Assembly: GCA_028534125.1 (NCBI GenBank)
Contig: CM052817.1
Span: forward strand, 12,464,001 to 12,528,000
Direction: 5' to 3'
Length of the DNA stretch: 64,000 bases
Origin: Lama glama
Lineage: Eukaryota
The notes beneath the pieces are model-generated. The model made no database searches, was not told where the DNA came from, and was given only the letters and a program-made list of their open reading frames with translations. Positions 12,976-26,240 of the stretch are shown one piece after another (position 1 is the stretch's first letter; each line of letters begins with the position of its first letter). A program made the translations under genes and the position numbers.

Positions 12976-14576
12976 AATCAAATATTTAAAGAATAAATAA
13001 TACCAGTCCTTCACAAAGCTTTACATAATTTAGAAGAGCGGGACACGCTATCCACCCCAAACTATGAGTCCAGTGTTACCCTGATACCAAAACAAGACTA
13101 AAATTTCACAAGAATATTACATACCAATATCCAAGATGAATTTATGGACAAAAAAATCTGCAATGATATTAGCATACTGAGTCAGCAATGAATAAAAGGA
13201 TTATATACCATGGCCAAGTGGGACTCATCTCAGGAATGCAAAGTTGGTCTAACAACAAAAAATCAATTAATACTATACTATAGTAAAATAAAGGACAAAA
13301 AGACACATTATTATTTCAATAGAGGTAGACAAAGAATTTTAAATATCACAACACCAATTCATGATAAAAACTACCCCCAAAATTGGAATAGAAGGATACT
13401 TACTCAGCCTGGTAAGATCATCTCTGAAAAGTTTATGAGCAACATCAAAGTTAATGTTGAAAGACAATATGTTTTCCCTAAGGGTTGGAATAGGTAAGAA
13501 TGCCTAATTTTGCCAATTCTACTCAACATTGTTCAGTAGGTTCTAACTAGTATAAGGCAGTAATGGAGGGGCAGGGCATTCAACTTGGAAACAGAGGAAT
13601 AAAATGTCTTTATGATTTTAAAATTGTATGATGAAAATCCTAAAAAAAAATTCGTGGGGATGAGGATGGTTACTAGACATATAAGTAAGTAAAAAATTCT
13701 AGGACAGGAGATTAATGTAAAAAAATCAATTTTCCTCCTATTTACTAGCAATGAAAAACCTGAAAAGAAAATTGTGAAAACAATTCTTATTTCAATAGCG
13801 TCAATAATAATAAAACACTTAGATATAAAAGAAGGAAAAAAGAAATGGAAATACTCTAAAACTGAAACCTACAAAACATAGCTGAGAGAAATTAAAGATG
13901 ATCTAAAATAATGGTAAGACATTTCATTTTCACAAACTGAAGACTCAATATCATTAAATGATAATTCTCCCCAGATAGATCTATAAATTCCATGAAGTCT
14001 CTTTCAAAATTACAATACTCTCTTGTAGAAATTAAGTAGATTCTAAACTTCATATGGAAGTTCAAAAAACCAAGAAATCCATCATACTTTTGAAAAAGAA
14101 GAAAGTTGGAGAATGCACAGTATTTGATTTCAAGGCAAGGTATAAAGCCATAGCAATCAAGATTAGTGAATTGGCACAATGATAGGTATATAGATTAATG
14201 GAAGAAAATTATGGGTCTGAATAATGGCGAGACAATTGTAAATTCCTATGCATAAAGAAGAAAAAAAGAGGAAGAGGAGGAGGAGGAAGAGAGGAACTTA
14301 GACTTTTAACTCACACTATATAAAAAAATTAATTCAGAACTGATCAGATACCTATATATACGAGTTAAAACTATAAATCTTCTAAATCAAATGTAGGACA
14401 AAATCTTTGTGATCTAAAGTTGGGCAATAAATTCTAAGAAATGACAATAAACATAAGGGAAAAAATGAATACATTGGATTTTATCAAAATTGAAAGTTTT
14501 GTGCCTCAAAAATATCATTTAGAAAATCCATAGACTAAGAAAATATTCACGTCAAACATCTGAAAAAGACTTGTAC

Positions 14577-14878
14577 CGACTCACAGACATAGAATACAAA
14601 CTTGTGATTGCTGGAGGAAGGGGGGGCGGGAAGGGATAAACTGGGAGTTCGAGATTTGTAGATACTGATAGGTATATATAAAATAAACAAGATTATACTG
14701 TATAGCAAAAGGAAATATATTCAAGATCTTGTAGTAGCTCATGGTGGAAAAGAATATGAAAATGAATATATATATAGTCATGTATGACTGAAAAATTGTG
14801 CTTTACACCAGAAATTGACACAACATTGCAAACTGACTATAACTCAATAAAAAAAGAAAAACATACAAATTAAAAAAG
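14577..14878 (+). mobile_element. Young L1 3'UTR tail nested in the older L1
   Basis: 'gactcacagacatagaatacaaacttgtg...ttgacacaacattgcaaactgactataactcaataaaaaa'. Near-perfect TSD aaagacttgta / aaagatttgta. Confidence 0.88.
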
Positions 14879-17800
14879 AAAGATTTGTAGCCATAATATA
14901 TAAAGAACTCTTTTGATTTATTATAAGTAGACCAAAAAAAAAAAACAATTAAAATGGACAAATCCTTTCAGTAGACATTTCACTAAAGATTTTACTATCA
15001 AAAGCTAATAAAGCACATGAAAAGCCTTCAACCATATTAACCATTAGAGAGATGGAAATTAAAATCACAAAGAGATATCACTATACACCAACTAGAATGC
15101 CTGCAATCAAAAAGAGATACAATACCAATGTTTGGCCAAAATGTGGAAAATCGAATTCTTCATACATTGCTGACTGAAATGTAAAATAATCTGACTTCTT
15201 TGGAAAACCATTTGGCAATTTCTTAAAAATTTAATTTTCCCGTAAGACCAACTTGTTTCAATCCTAATAATATACCCAAGAGATAAAAAAAAAAAAACAA
15301 CCCATGTGCCTCAAATGACATATATACAGATGTTCACAACAGCATTATTCATAATAGCCAGAATTTGGAAACAATGTGAATTCCCACCAACTTGTAAACA
15401 AACAGACAGGATGTGATAATATACATATTAAACATTATTAAACAAGAAAAAGAAATGAACTACTGGTACACACAATAATATGGCAGAAATTTAAACCATT
15501 ATGAAAAGTGAGAGAAGCCAGACAGGAAAGGCTACCTACTGTATAATTGAATGTTTATTAAATGCCTGGAAAATGTAAATTATATAAACACTGATAGCAG
15601 ATCGGCTGATGCATGGCATTGCTAGTGAGAGTCAGGATTAGATGTAAACAGGTACAGGAGAGATTTTTGAGTTTATAGAAATGTTCTAAATTGTGGTGAT
15701 TATTAAATAACCCTATAAAGTTGCTAACAATCAGTGAACTGTACAATCACAATGGGGAAACTTTGTAGTATGCAAATTGTCTCTTAATAAAGCCATTGAA
15801 AAATGAGTGGCTGCAGAGAACTGTTTTGTGGGTGGTAAAGAAGGGATTCAATACAGAGGATTAGTTAGAAATACATTGCACAAATATAGGTAAAAGGAGA
15901 TAAAATAAAAGTGTCAAGCATGCACCAATGTACAGAGTTAGAAATGGAAGTGACCCTAGAGACCTTTGTCTTCCCACACTACTGGATTTTAAATTAAAAC
16001 TCGGTAAGTGTAGGTGACTTTTCTATTCTCATATAGCTTTATTAGAAGAACGAAAAGTAGATCTTACGTCTGTTGAAATATTCAGCACTCATTATATTTT
16101 TCATTTATTTAAGAGTTGGTAAAAACTCAGCTGAGATTGTTAAAAGCAGTTTTCTCTTTAAAAAACACTATTGTTCTTTAGAATCAGCACAAAAAAGCAA
16201 ATGCTTTTGTATGAACTGTGTTAGATGGGCTCTAGGTGAGTGCTGAAAATGAAAATAAAACCAGCTAAAGGTGTTATTCAGAACTTTTAAAAATTTGAAT
16301 ACATTTTTCCAAAGGAAACATAATGAATATCAATTTAACCAAAAAAAAACCCCACAACTATTAACATTAAAAAGTAGTTAAAATGCAAGCAATTTCCTGG
16401 AAACCACAGAGAAGATGTAATTCTGATGTGCTTGTTCCACTTGGCAAATAAGGAGTGGGAGTTGGTGGGTGGGGGGGTTCGGGGATGGGGATGGCATCAA
16501 TGTGATCAGTTAACTCAGGCAGTAAAAATTGTGTTCAGTTCAATTCATTCATTTCAGAATGACTATTAGATCCTTTCGGGTTTAACAAAAGGAGTAAAGA
16601 TTCAAAAAAGCTACAATTTCCCCAGAAATAGAATAAGCAAATTTCAGTTCATTTTCCCTGAATTAATGCTGAATTACTGATTTTATTTCTGGAAGGGAAA
16701 AATGATCCACATTCCATATCTCTGCAATTTCAAGGTGACAAGCTTAGCCTGTGAAACACTACATGTATGGAAAATCAGTCCAAGAAATTTTTTTTCCTGT
16801 GAAGCACATATTTCAATAACTAACCTACCATCAAGTGACACCTACTATAATAAAAATACCTTTCTTACAAGGAATACTAGTAGCTTAATATACACTGCTA
16901 TTCTTATCTATAAGCACCTATTTTGATGAGGAGTGAATCTGGAGATTGTTAACACAGTGCCAGCTGGTGAACTTATCAATGAATAAGTGAATGAATGAGT
17001 AAATGAATGAATAAAAACTGGCATCACAAACTTGTACAAAAATCATGTTAGCACATTTCCTTGATTTTTGCAACGAAATTCAAAGCTATTCGACAGCAGA
17101 ACTGAAGCAATAATTTAAATGAAAAAAAAAAACTCTTCATGCCAACCTTCCATTCTTAATTATCCAATTCATTAATAATATATCATCTTTCCCCATACCT
17201 CTCTATTTCCAAAGGAGAGAAAACTATAAGCTTTAGAGAATAGGGTGCTTTCTCTAGGTTAACTCACAAATTAGGTGAAAAGTTCACAAAATGTGAGCTA
17301 GCTGTTGATTTCTCCAGGCAAACAGGATGAGTGAAAAAAAAAAACAAAGAAGAAAAACCACACATCACTGGAAGACCTGGGATTTGAAGGCCAATATTAT
17401 TCTAGAAGCAAGTCAGAAATGCTGAGAGTAAAAAGTATCTGATGTTCAGTTAGCAGCCTGCAAGTTAGAAGGGAAACTAATGATTAAAACCAGTATTTTA
17501 TGCACACAGTAATATTTTATCCTAGAGTCTTCTTTTCAATATTTATTAACTCTTTATAGGAAAGTTAGCATTCAAATATAGGATCTTAAGAAAGAGTTAA
17601 TAGTGTGAATTCTGTAGATTTACACAATGCTAAGTGAAGTAATATTTCCTTTGCAAATTTTTAATGTTTAGGATATGCCCAAGATATGTTTTTTAATGCT
17701 AGTAATATTGAGAAAACATATGGATACAAATAAGCTTTGCCAACAATTTTAAGCTCTGAATAATACCTATGCAAGAAGTGATTAATTGCTAAGCATTTTA

Positions 17801-18800
17801 ACACTAGTTCAATTAACTCCATTCATTTTCCACATCGCACTGTCTCTAATTAGCTGACTTGCCACTAAAAACAGCACACTTGTGACAAGAATTGTACAGG
17901 AAAAGAAAAGGAAGATGCTGTCATTTGAATTGAAATGCTAATTTATAACTACAGCCTAGGGGAAGAAATATATTTTGTTTACAAAAAAATTTAAAATGAA
18001 AGCCAAACAAAAAAATCACTACTAAACAATAGTAAACATATATTCATCTAACTACAAATATCTTCTATAGCATAAAGCTTTTAGAATGAATTGTAAGCAT
18101 AGGAACTACACTTTAGGAATTGGTTCTACAATTCAATCACATTTAATATAGTTGTAATATTTTACAAAGCATTCTTTCTTCCAATGTTTTTATTGCAAAA
18201 TACAAACATGTTGATCTAGTTGCTCATGACACTTCTAATTCCCAAGACTGGATCACTTTATTGTGAGGGTATGTGAGAATCAGATTTCTAGTAGAAGGAG
18301 TCATCAGTACCATGGAATTTAATTGAATTTTGACCGCAAGCTGATAGGCAAAATTATTAATGGATCAGCTTTTATATAAATTGATGCTGCTTTGCTAACT
18401 TCTTCTTCCCATTTATATAAAGGGCATTGCACATTGGAAGTCTGGGAAAATGAGTTACAATTAAATAATAGCAAGGAATATTTTAGTCATTTACAGCTTA
18501 ACTTTCTGAATTGTAGACCATTTAATATCATAGCCAATATGCTTTCTCTATTATAATGTTCTCAGTGCAGCATGTTCATTAAAACATGTATCATTGCTTT
18601 GTAATCTCTGAAGACAGATGCCATTTTAATGCAACAAATATGAGTTGTTATATGCTAAAAAAAGGGGGGAAGCAAAACAGAGCCTAGGATTTATTTAGAA
18701 AAGTTAAAATGGCAAACAGTATATTACAGTCTAATTTTAATCAAGGAATTTATATATTATCTAGTTGTATATATAAAGTACTGTAATAGATCAACAGGAT

Positions 18801-19181
18801 TGTGAGCTGGTCTTGAGATGAGTTAAGGCCATGGGACCCAAGGCCATGATCAGAGCATGTTTATAGTATGCAGTAAATAATTGCTTCACACATGTGTCAA
18901 TTATATAAGATTTAGAACAAAGAAAATAAAAGTACGCATGTGCTAGAGATACTCTGTAAGCCTAATGAACAAAGAAACTCAGATTGCGCATGTGCTGGCA
19001 GAAAACAGATAAAAGCAGGGCAGGTGCATCATAGGAACGCACCTCCCTGTGGCAATAAAGTGTCGTTAACCCCATGGTGTGTCCGGCTGAAGTCTGCTCG
19101 GCGGTATGGCAACTCTTCATGCATTTTTTTGTTTGGGCCACTCACCTCCTAGAACCCCATGTCAGCCTCCCTCGGCTGACA
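18801..19181 (+). mobile_element. Solo LTR, 381 bp, family not recognised
   Basis: Termini TGTGAGC...GCTGACA (imperfect inverted repeat). Perfect 5-bp TSD aggat at 18796-18800 and 19182-19186. TATA-like gataaaa at ~19008 and AATAAA at ~19054; CpGs retained. Confidence 0.85.
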
Positions 19182-20039
19182 AGGATAATGATGATTAACC
19201 TGCCACTTTGGCTGTCAAAATTGTGCTATTAAAATGCTTTCATTAAGCATTCACATTTTCATAAAGAACAAAATATTATATTAATGAAACATCAACTTAT
19301 GTCAATTTATTTAAATTAACATAATCAACATCAGCAATATTTAACTTTAAAAACAGATATAAAAACATGTTCATTTAAAAATTGCTCATCTTTGAAAATA
19401 CTCCTCAAAGAAAAACCATTACCAGATCTTATAATGGTCCAGGTTACCTAGAGGGGAGATCAGAGTTGGGCCCGTGCATAAGAAAGTGAAGTATCACTAG
19501 CTATTTGATGAAGATTCAATTGTTCTCTCACTTGGTTCCCTAAATGTGCTGAAAAATAGTACTTAGTTTATGGCATTGTCATTTCTAAAGGCAAAGGAAA
19601 CATCTGGAGATAAATGATTGCTTGATTTGTAACATCACCTCTCCCACATTTTGTGGCTGTTTTCTTCCTTTTCTTTTGGTATCAACATGCCATGTGTCAC
19701 TGTAATCCTTGCTTTTCAAGCCACCACCACTGATGTGATCCAGCTGCCACAACAGGAATAGACTTGAGTTTGCCAGGATCTGCTTTGGGCTGATAGTGAG
19801 TACTGGGGCAAGATAGGGTAATACGTCAGTGACAATTGGGGTTGGCACACTGGCAAAGCCACCAACAGTTTTATGTGAGAAATCACTCACCTCTAAGCCC
19901 AATATCAATTCATCCAAACTGGATCCACTGCAGTTGAGTTTTGAACCTAGATACTGGCCAAAGGATCATGAAATGTTAAAGCAACAATAGCCCCGCATTT
20001 GGCATCATGAGGATTAATTTTGCCTCCCATATCGCTATA

Positions 20040-20255
20040 TTGTATAGCATAGTGGTTTACAGGAAGAGCTTTGGAATCAAACATACTTGAATCTGATTGT
20101 CAGTTTCAGTAGTTACTAAGTATGTGACCTTAGGCAAAAACGTAAAATGATTAAACTTCTGTTTTTTCATCCCTAAAATGGAAGCATGATAGTACCTTTC
20201 AGAGAATGGTAGAGTAGATTACATGAAATAATGGAGGTTAGTTATAATATTATCA
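20040..20255 (+). mobile_element. MIR SINE
   Basis: 'gtatagcatagtggtttacaggaagagctttggaatcaaac...tactaagtatgtgaccttaggcaa...taaaatggaagcatgatagtacct'. Confidence 0.8.
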
Positions 20256-20289
20256 TTAGAGTCATCGAGGGTACTGTGCAATGACAGTT

Positions 20290-20616
20290 AAGGTTCATCA
20301 GGTAATCCTCCACATTTCCAGGTTTCCTTGCAATTTATTGGGACCATGTGATTACCACTGGAAAATGAAATGTGAAGGACAATTACGTGAGTCACTTCCA
20401 GATTGAAGCAATAAAGAGGTTGGTGCCTCTTTGCATCTCTCCCATCCCCCACCACAGCAACCTTGTATACCACATGTTCCAGATGATAAAGTTACGAGAT
20501 GGAGGAGGTCCAACAATCTAGATTGAATTTCACATGAGTGGAAAATAAACCACAGACGTGTGAGAGGTTTTTTTTTTTTTTTACCATAACTTAGCCTGGT
20601 CTATACTGACTAACAC
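20290..20616 (+). mobile_element. MaLR (MLT1-type) LTR remnant
   Basis: 'catttccaggtttccttgcaatt...gaccatgtgatt...gtcacttccag...agcctggtctatactgactaacaca' shows MLT1-like motifs and a CA end. Confidence 0.65.
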
Positions 20617-23600
20617 AGATCTTTTTGAGATAGGAGTGGCGAGTCTAATTGCTTCCATTTTATAGTAGGAAAAACTAAGGCTCAAAGATTTAAAACAATT
20701 TTCCTAAAATTCCAGAGATAATCAGTGATATTACTGGGGTTAGATTTCAAATATTTCCATGCCATGAGATTTTTAACATGGAAGGTGAGGGGTTTGAGAA
20801 CTTAGATCATGATCACCGTAATCATATCACATTTGTACGAAGATCTGAATCTATGCAATGCTTTCTATCAGTTGGCATTGTGTTGACAATCTCCAGATTC
20901 ACTTCTCATCAAAACAGATGCTGATAGATAAGAATAACACTGTGAATTAGGCTCCTAGTATTCCTTGCAGAAAGATGTTTTTATCATAGTAGGTGACACT
21001 TGTTCTATACTAGTGGGACTCAATCCTCAACAGTAACTGAAGATCTGAAACCTCTTTGCACTATTTTAAAAATAGACATGTCTGTACCCTTGAAGATTCT
21101 TCATCAGTAGACCAGCAGTGGGTCCAGACCAAACATACTATGAAGGCTATATGGGAAAATGAACTAATGATACACACCAGAGTTAAGAATCACTGTTTCA
21201 GATGTTACTCTAGTTGCAGGGAATATAAAGACTAATAAGAAACTGTCCCTGTAGTAATTTCTAGAACATTATGAACAACTAAGCAAAATGAGAATGCATG
21301 TACATTGAAAATGAACAGTTGACCATAGGGATATATCCAGTGGCTGAGGAAATTTCCCCCAGAATCATCTTTATTTCTACATTACCGGGTTTAAAATCCA
21401 ATTTAAATATCTTCATTTTTATTATATACACAAGAATATTGGGGCTGATTAGAAGTGATCAAGAGATATGATGTTTTCTGAATTATAGTCATAGATTATA
21501 GACTTAGAATTAACATTCAAAACAGTATTTTTAAAATATATTTTCAATAGCCTAAAGATGTCAGGCCCAGGTTTTAGTCACCATTTTATTGCAAGGTGAA
21601 AACTGTGAGAGACACACAGAAACCATTCTATAAATTTTTGTTGAATTAATGGCTGACAGGATGAATAATGTATCTCCGAAATGATGATTATATTGGTTAT
21701 TGTTTTACTTTGGCTAAGTTAATTTCACTAATGCCTCCCCCATTCTTTTAGTGAATGTCAAGGAAACCTTTTGAGTATTATGAAAGGAGTTTTCTGAATT
21801 GCTTCCCCAAATCATGACAGCCATAATGGCTAACAGAAATAATTTTCTCACCTGCTGAGCAAACTACCTCACCTCTTTAACAATCTGTGCAAAGTCAAAC
21901 GCTATTGCTGCCAAGATGGGATTTTGAATTCTACAAATCTTGGATCCTTCTTCCTAGAATATATCCAAAACAAGATTCATGAAACCAAGCAAAATGTTGC
22001 CAAGGCAATCACATTGCTGCTTTCCAATTCCCAACTGTTTCAGAAGGCAAATAGCATTGGGAACCAAATTCTGTCAAGAATTAATTATGGAATTAGGTGA
22101 TAATGACAAAGATGATAGAGATTTGGAGCCAATTTGGAGAATTATCTAAAGAATTAAAACTACAGTAATATAGCAACAATTGAGAGGATTTTTTTGTGTG
22201 CACAATACAGCTTTTGCCCCAATTTCAGCATATGAGTAAACACTGAAAAGTCGGAAACTGAAAATATCAGTCCTCAGACAGAAAGGTTCTGAGAGAACTG
22301 ATTTATTAGAATCAACACCTAAGAATAATAATAGCTCACACTTGTCCAATTTTTTTTATATAATGTTGCCATGATCTGAGCCCAACTCTCAGGGTGCTAC
22401 GAATATTGACCCTTTTTAACCCTCCCAACTAACCTATAAGTCCAATCAGCACTTTTTTTCTTCCTAATATTTTATGCTTGAGACAGACAGATCCCAGGTT
22501 TTCTGGTTCTAGTGTTTTATGATTTTAAACACTGTACTGAAAGAAAAGAATTTCAAAACATCCCATTTTGAACAACATCTTTCTTTAAAATTTCCATGCA
22601 TGGCTACTCAGAGATGATAAATGAAATATTTTATGTATTATTTAGCTTCCAGAACATATAGTCATATTTTCAAACTCTTCTTACTTCTATTAAGACACTG
22701 ATTCTCCATTATTGAAAAGACATCCTAGCTGTCATTCATGTTTGCTCCAGAATATAGCAATATTAGTAGATCTGCTGTCAATAAGGACCTGTTTAAACCT
22801 GAAATATTTGAGATACAAATGTGTACACTAGGCTCTTAAGTGAACTACTGAGACTCCATGACTCTGTAAAATACTTAGCAGTTTCAGGGATGGTATCTTT
22901 GACAGTGCGTTAACTGGTGGCAATTTTTTTTCAACTATGCCATAAATATATTTGGAAAATATCCCCCTGTTATGGGATGTCAGTTTAGAGACAGAAATGC
23001 TAAATGAAAGAAAGAGTTTAAAGGATCAGGTTGACTTCTGGGGAGAAAAAAAAAGTAAAGAAAGTAATACAAGGCTAAACTTACTTGTGTTACTATCTCG
23101 TCTCTCTTTGAATAGCAGCATTCAATTGTGTCCAGATAGCCTTGTCATGAAAACCAGTAAAAATCTTTATCCTCTTTTAAAGCCTTCTCAGACAGGCTGC
23201 TTGACCTAATGAACTGAAAAATCTTTCTTTTCTTCTTTGAATTAACCAAGAGGATAAAACATGTGGGTTTATAAGCTTGGCATGATGTCTTAAGATATGA
23301 ACTTTGATAAGTCTAGGCTTCATTCCAACCACAATCTTGGTTCTTTGTTGTCTCCTAGAGGTAAGAGGTGCCACTCATTGATTCAGAGGAATCATTTTCC
23401 TTTCTTCTAACAAGGCTGTAAAATCTTCAAAACGTGACATGATTCTGGCATCTCCCAGCTGAAGTCAATAATAACCTTCACCTGCAGGCTTAGTCTAGCC
23501 AAATTCCTGAGCATTTGTGAACTTCTGATCAGCAGAAGCTTTGGCTTTTGGATCTTAGGTGTTATCTTCACTTTTCTTTTACGTTCAGCCACTGCATTCA

Positions 23601-23679
23601 ATTATTTACCAAATACTAGATATTTCACATCAAATACATATATGAAATAAATACATATTTCACATCATGTATATTTCTA

Positions 23680-23732
23680 TACCTATCTATTCATTATCTA
23701 TCTATTATCTATCTATCCATCCATCCATCTAA
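23680..23732. repeat. Imperfect (TCTA)n/(TCCA)n microsatellite
   Basis: acctatctattcattatctatctattatctatctatccatccatccatct. Confidence 0.8.
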
Positions 23733-23739
23733 TCCTCTG

Positions 23740-24400
23740 CTTTCATATCAATCTCTCCACTCTAGTCATGTCCCCAAAATCTCAAAATTGGATTATTGCA
23801 CCAAGTTCCTGCTTTCATTCTTCACTCTTTGGATTATACTGGTTCTAGGGTTCCATAATACAAACCCAACTGGGACACTTCTGTTGAAAATTTTATAGTT
23901 ACTCCACATTTTCTAAATATTGTTTACCACACATAGAAAAGTCTGGATGTACTCATGCAGACTTACTTCCTGCTACCTTCTTTTTCACCTTTCATACTCC
24001 AGCAACAACAAATTGCTTATATTTTATCTATACTGCAATCCCTCTGCAGTACTTCACACTGCTTTTGCTTATGTTCAACTTTGCCTAGCTAATTCCTTCC
24101 TATGCACAGACCTCCTCCTACCTCTGCTCCCCCAGCCTGCCTGGAAAACTTCTACCCCTACTCATCCATTAAGAGTCAGATTAGAGGTCATTCCTTCCAG
24201 TATCTCAGCTCTGACCCCTCTAGGCTGGGTTATACGTCCCTCTTCTGTATGCATTTCACTTATTAGATTCTGTAGCATGTTTTGTGCCTACCTTTACCAT
24301 TAGATTGTGATGTCCTTTAGGGCACAGGCTATGTCTCATAAATTGTTGTAACTCCAGCACCTAGCAAAGTTCCTGACACATGGCCAATAAACTTTTATTG
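23740..24400 (+). mobile_element. L2 LINE 3' remnant
   Basis: Pyrimidine-rich L2-like body ending 'tagattgtgatgtcctttagggcacagg...ccagcacctagcaaagttcctgacacat...aataaacttttattg'. Confidence 0.6.
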
Positions 24401-24901
24401 CATGGGGAGTCTTCAAGCCATAAAATGACTCACAGGAGAATTAATGGAGAAGTAACACGGTCTGAGCACTCCGTTGGGAACCAGTACACTGCATGCTGCT
24501 GGCGAGGTCACTTAACCTTTCTGCGCCTCTATTCTCTCAGCTGAGAAGAGACCACCTATATTTTAAGGTTCTTTCCAGCTCCATATTTCTATGAAATGCA
24601 TACTGTTCATGCTGCATTTACGTTTTTGATTATAGAAATTTAACAACTCCCTTGAGACATTTGTAGACATTACATACAGTAACTACACTGAAGTTAAGAA
24701 GCTATTGTGAACCAAGGCATTTACACAGATCAAGTTCCCTAGGAAAGTAATGTAAGCAAATGTAAATTTAAATAAATAATAAATGTTTGTGACTTAAAAA
24801 TATTATACAAATGCAAAAGAAATACTAAATATATCCATGTATGTATGTATAGATTTCTTCAAGACATTTTATATATAAAAGTATATGTGTATAAATCACA
24901 T

Positions 24902-26112
24902 ATATTTCTCTTCAGTGCTTTTATTTTTTTCTTGTGATCTTGGTCACTCTTTTCTTAACACTGGATTTAGAAGGTTCTTTCCTCTGTGATGCTTTATTCT
25001 CTGTAAGGTCCAACCTAAGCACATTGTGCCACTTTACCTTAAAGAAATCAACATAAATTCTTTCTTCCTCCTCCTCATCATTTCTGTACAAGAACTGCAT
25101 AGAAATGTCCTTGATCTTCTGTCCCTCATCAGTGTTAGGGACTGTTTGAGGTTGAGATCCTTTTGCGTTCCCAGTTTCTCTTCCATTTCTTCTTCATCTT
25201 CCTTCTTTTTCTTCTTCATTACTAATGCCATTAGCCTTTCTGTATTTTGTTCCTTCTGATTTTTTCCCCATCTTTCTGAAAAATGGACATTTTCTCAGTG
25301 AAGTAAGCTCTAAATTCTTCCACCTTATCATTAGCTCAATTACTTTGCTGTCTTGACTGATTACCTTTTCTTTGGTGAGTTGTTTCTGCATTTTCTGAAG
25401 AAATGTGACCTATGTTGACACAGCAAGACCAAGAGACAAGTCACATTCAGGCACAGGTCACTTGCTCCCATCAAATACCTTTTTACCTTTCATCAGCTAC
25501 ACTGAATGCATTGAGAGGGCAAAACACCTTTGAGCTATTTCTTTTGAATCTTGATCTTGGGCTAAAAACAATTCCACTTTTTCTGGATATCTATAAATTG
25601 TTTTTTGGATTTATTTTGATTTCCTTCACAGGTGCTTTCTTCTGGAGAAGCTACTGCACCATCTCTTTACCTTCTAAGGGAAGCAAAATTAATAAACCAT
25701 CACCATCCTCTTTGTACCTTGCATTTTTACCTGCTCTATGGATAAACATGTTGGCATCCTTTGGACAATAAAACTAAAGAACCCAATTCACAGCCAGGAA
25801 GTTCCTCCCCTGGGTGTAATATCAGCAGGAAAGAGTAGTGCAGCTCTCTTGCAGACAAAGTCATTACAGACTTCCATTCTCTTCCCTGTGGCTGTCAAAC
25901 AAGAAAGGCAAAGATAGAAATACTAGGAATACCAACAGCTGGTGGAGCACTCAGCACGGATACTAAACCTTTTTACAACTGAAGACAAATATTATACTTT
26001 CCCTCTTCCAGTGGCTTCTCAAAAAGGAATATAGCACTTTTTTTTTAATGCAGCTCACAAACTATGTAATTTTGCTCCAAAGTGATAAGGGTGATGTATG
26101 TTGCTTTTTCAG
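24902..26112 (-). pseudogene. DDX10: Processed pseudogene fragment of DEAD-box RNA helicase DDX10 (helicase C-terminal domain plus downstream acidic/basic region)
   Basis: Minus-strand translation across frameshifts gives peptides collinear with DDX10 as I recall it: EKATYITLITLEQNYIVCEL (EKAKYSTPATLEQNYIVCEL), RMEVCNDFVCKRAALLF, CPKDANMFIHRAGKNARYKEDGDGLLILLP ([30 protein letters not shown]), LLQKKAPVKEIKINP, FLQKMQKQLTKE, NDKVEEFRAYFTEKMSIFQK, EDEEEMEEKL, KVKWHNVLRLDLTENKASQRKEPSKSSVKKRVTK. There are no introns and many stops and frameshifts. Confidence 0.95.
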
Positions 26113-26120
26113 AAATCACA

Positions 26121-26240
26121 TTTATATATATAAAATATATATATATATAAAATATAAAATATTATATATATATATAATCATATATATGTGATTTTAGTCA
26201 TATATATATTTTAGTCATCATATATATATGATTTTAGTCA
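26121..26240. repeat. (TA)n low-complexity tract with three degenerate 'tatatat..attttagtca' units
   Basis: Directly visible. Confidence 0.85.

Larger units (their letters stand above)
11400..15800 (+). mobile_element. Old L1: 5'/ORF1 remnants (~11400-12400), then ORF2 and 3'UTR (~12410-15800), interrupted by two younger inserts
   Basis: ORF2-like 'cccagcccagatggttgcgctggaaaattct...aaatatttaaagaataaataatacc', 'ccaagtgggactcatctcaggaatgcaaagttgg'. It ends at 'tgcaaattgtctcttaataaagccattgaaaaa'. Confidence 0.8.

Noticed and set aside
19585..19917. 110-aa minus-strand ORF
   Set aside because: Non-ATG start, no recognisable domain and no matching exon structure.
25034..25391. Charged ORFs with a donor-like aag|gtaaag near 25038, suggesting a real exon
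   Set aside because: DDX10 similarity continues straight through the site (KVKWHNV), and the frames are broken; these are pseudogene pieces.
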